DNA from: Bacteroidia bacterium
GTDB lineage: Bacteria; Bacteroidota; Bacteroidia; UKL13-3
Assembly (NCBI GenBank): GCA_041675505.1
Contig: JBAYTR010000010.1
Span: 67,895 to 131,894 of the forward strand
Length of the DNA: 64,000 nt
Direction: 5' to 3'
Shown: one piece after another, positions 63,943-64,000 of the stretch
How positions within the stretch are numbered: position 1 is the stretch's first letter
How the letters are laid out: each line of letters starts with the position of its first letter
Notes under the pieces: generated by a model
What the model saw: only the letters and a program-made list of their open reading frames with translations
What the model was told of the DNA's origin: nothing
The model's database searches: none
Translations under genes and position numbers: made by a program

Positions 63943-64000
63943 AATTTTACGAAAGGTACGAAAATCAATCAATTTTAATGCGGTTGAACCATTTTTCACC

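Noticed and set aside
1-64000. Scan for CRISPR arrays, tRNA/rRNA genes, integrases, transposases and IS inverted repeats
   Set aside because: I saw no regularly spaced repeats, no tRNA-like T-loop or acceptor patterns in the intergenic regions, and no recombinase-like ORFs. The absence is by eye only; tRNAscan-SE, Infernal and ISfinder would be decisive.

Overview
The window looks like a chromosomal segment of a Bacteroidota genome. It carries several T9SS C-terminal sorting domains, a CarboxypepD_reg-type TonB-dependent receptor, an S46 peptidase, DUF4270- and DUF5686-type proteins, and TAnnTTTG -7 boxes. Most of it is ordinary core content: panC, aroF-type DAHP synthase, glmS, an iscA-like gene, menD, metK, tatC, an lptC-like gene, peptidases and T9SS cargo. 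I found no rRNA, tRNA, CRISPR array, integrase or transposase. The clear outlier is a ~9.6-kb low-GC island at about 14.4-24.2 kb. Hand counts give 33-35% GC in island samples and 45-53% in flanking and core samples. The island holds eight tightly packed minus-strand genes in two modules. Module 1 is a translationally coupled pair: an NdpA/YejK (NA37)-like DNA-binding protein and an unrecognisable 508-aa protein with a C-terminal three-helix membrane anchor. I consider it a candidate conflict or defence pair. Module 2 is a six-gene operon. It encodes a lipoprotein NMT1/SsuA-type binding protein, a 624-aa cytoplasmic paralogue of that binding fold fused to three C-terminal TM helices, a 267-aa protein with weak DIT1/PvcA-like motifs, an AsnB-type Gln-amidotransferase/PP-loop enzyme, and an ABC ATPase plus permease. 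All family assignments rest on motif reading and recollection, not searches. Smaller observations include: a 459-bp toxin-antitoxin cassette with an internally deleted RelE/ParE toxin, flanked by 25-bp direct repeats that duplicate the 3' end of yjbR; a 58-nt promoter-region element present in three copies; an orphan T9SS-CTD fragment; a cytochrome c-PHM-like copper monooxygenase fusion next to a redoxin; and two unannotated small membrane ORFs.
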